A stretch of DNA of 64,000 bases, taken from contig NC_069000.1 in assembly GCF_001194135.2 (NCBI RefSeq), positions 12,149,071-12,213,070 of the forward strand, in the 5' to 3' direction. This DNA is from Octopus bimaculoides. Its lineage: Eukaryota. Made by a program: the position numbers and the translations under genes. Below, one piece after another: positions 63,952 to 64,000 of this stretch. How positions within the stretch are numbered: position 1 is the stretch's first letter; the number at the start of each line of letters is the position of its first letter. The notes beneath the pieces were generated by a model that was not told where the DNA came from, searched no databases, and saw only the letters and a program-made list of their open reading frames with translations.

Positions 63952-64000
<49 letters not shown>

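Overview
Draft-assembly window of AT-rich, microsatellite-saturated animal DNA. About 27 N-gaps total roughly 10-11 kb, most of them flanked by (TA)n, (CA)n or (AAT)n. The repeat families look like those of an octopus or other coleoid cephalopod; this is inferred from recall and was not searched. No host protein-coding gene can be supported: the long ORFs in the track are read-through of microsatellites and N-gaps. Supported content: (1) one intact tRNA-Lys(CTT) gene with a Pol III T4 terminator; (2) more than 30 copies or fragments of four tRNA-derived SINE families, labelled A-D here for convenience, with swapped tails, dimers and inverted pairs; (3) three decayed mariner transposase fossils (one near full-length DD34D), a mariner MITE and a Tc1-like end; (4) fragments of RTE and R4/Dong-type LINEs; (5) a probable DINE-1/HINE-like end; (6) a 145-bp palindromic foldback element. 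The most interesting signal is a set of about eight minimal type-I hammerhead-ribozyme-like motifs of the Penelope-like-element kind, including a tandem-plus-inverted cluster at 49.7-50.2 kb. Also notable are a fold-back hairpin built from two SINE tails, a 130-bp inverted repeat pair 2.1 kb apart, and a CpG-rich 12-bp array of YY1/E2F-like sites. No CRISPR or rRNA features were seen.
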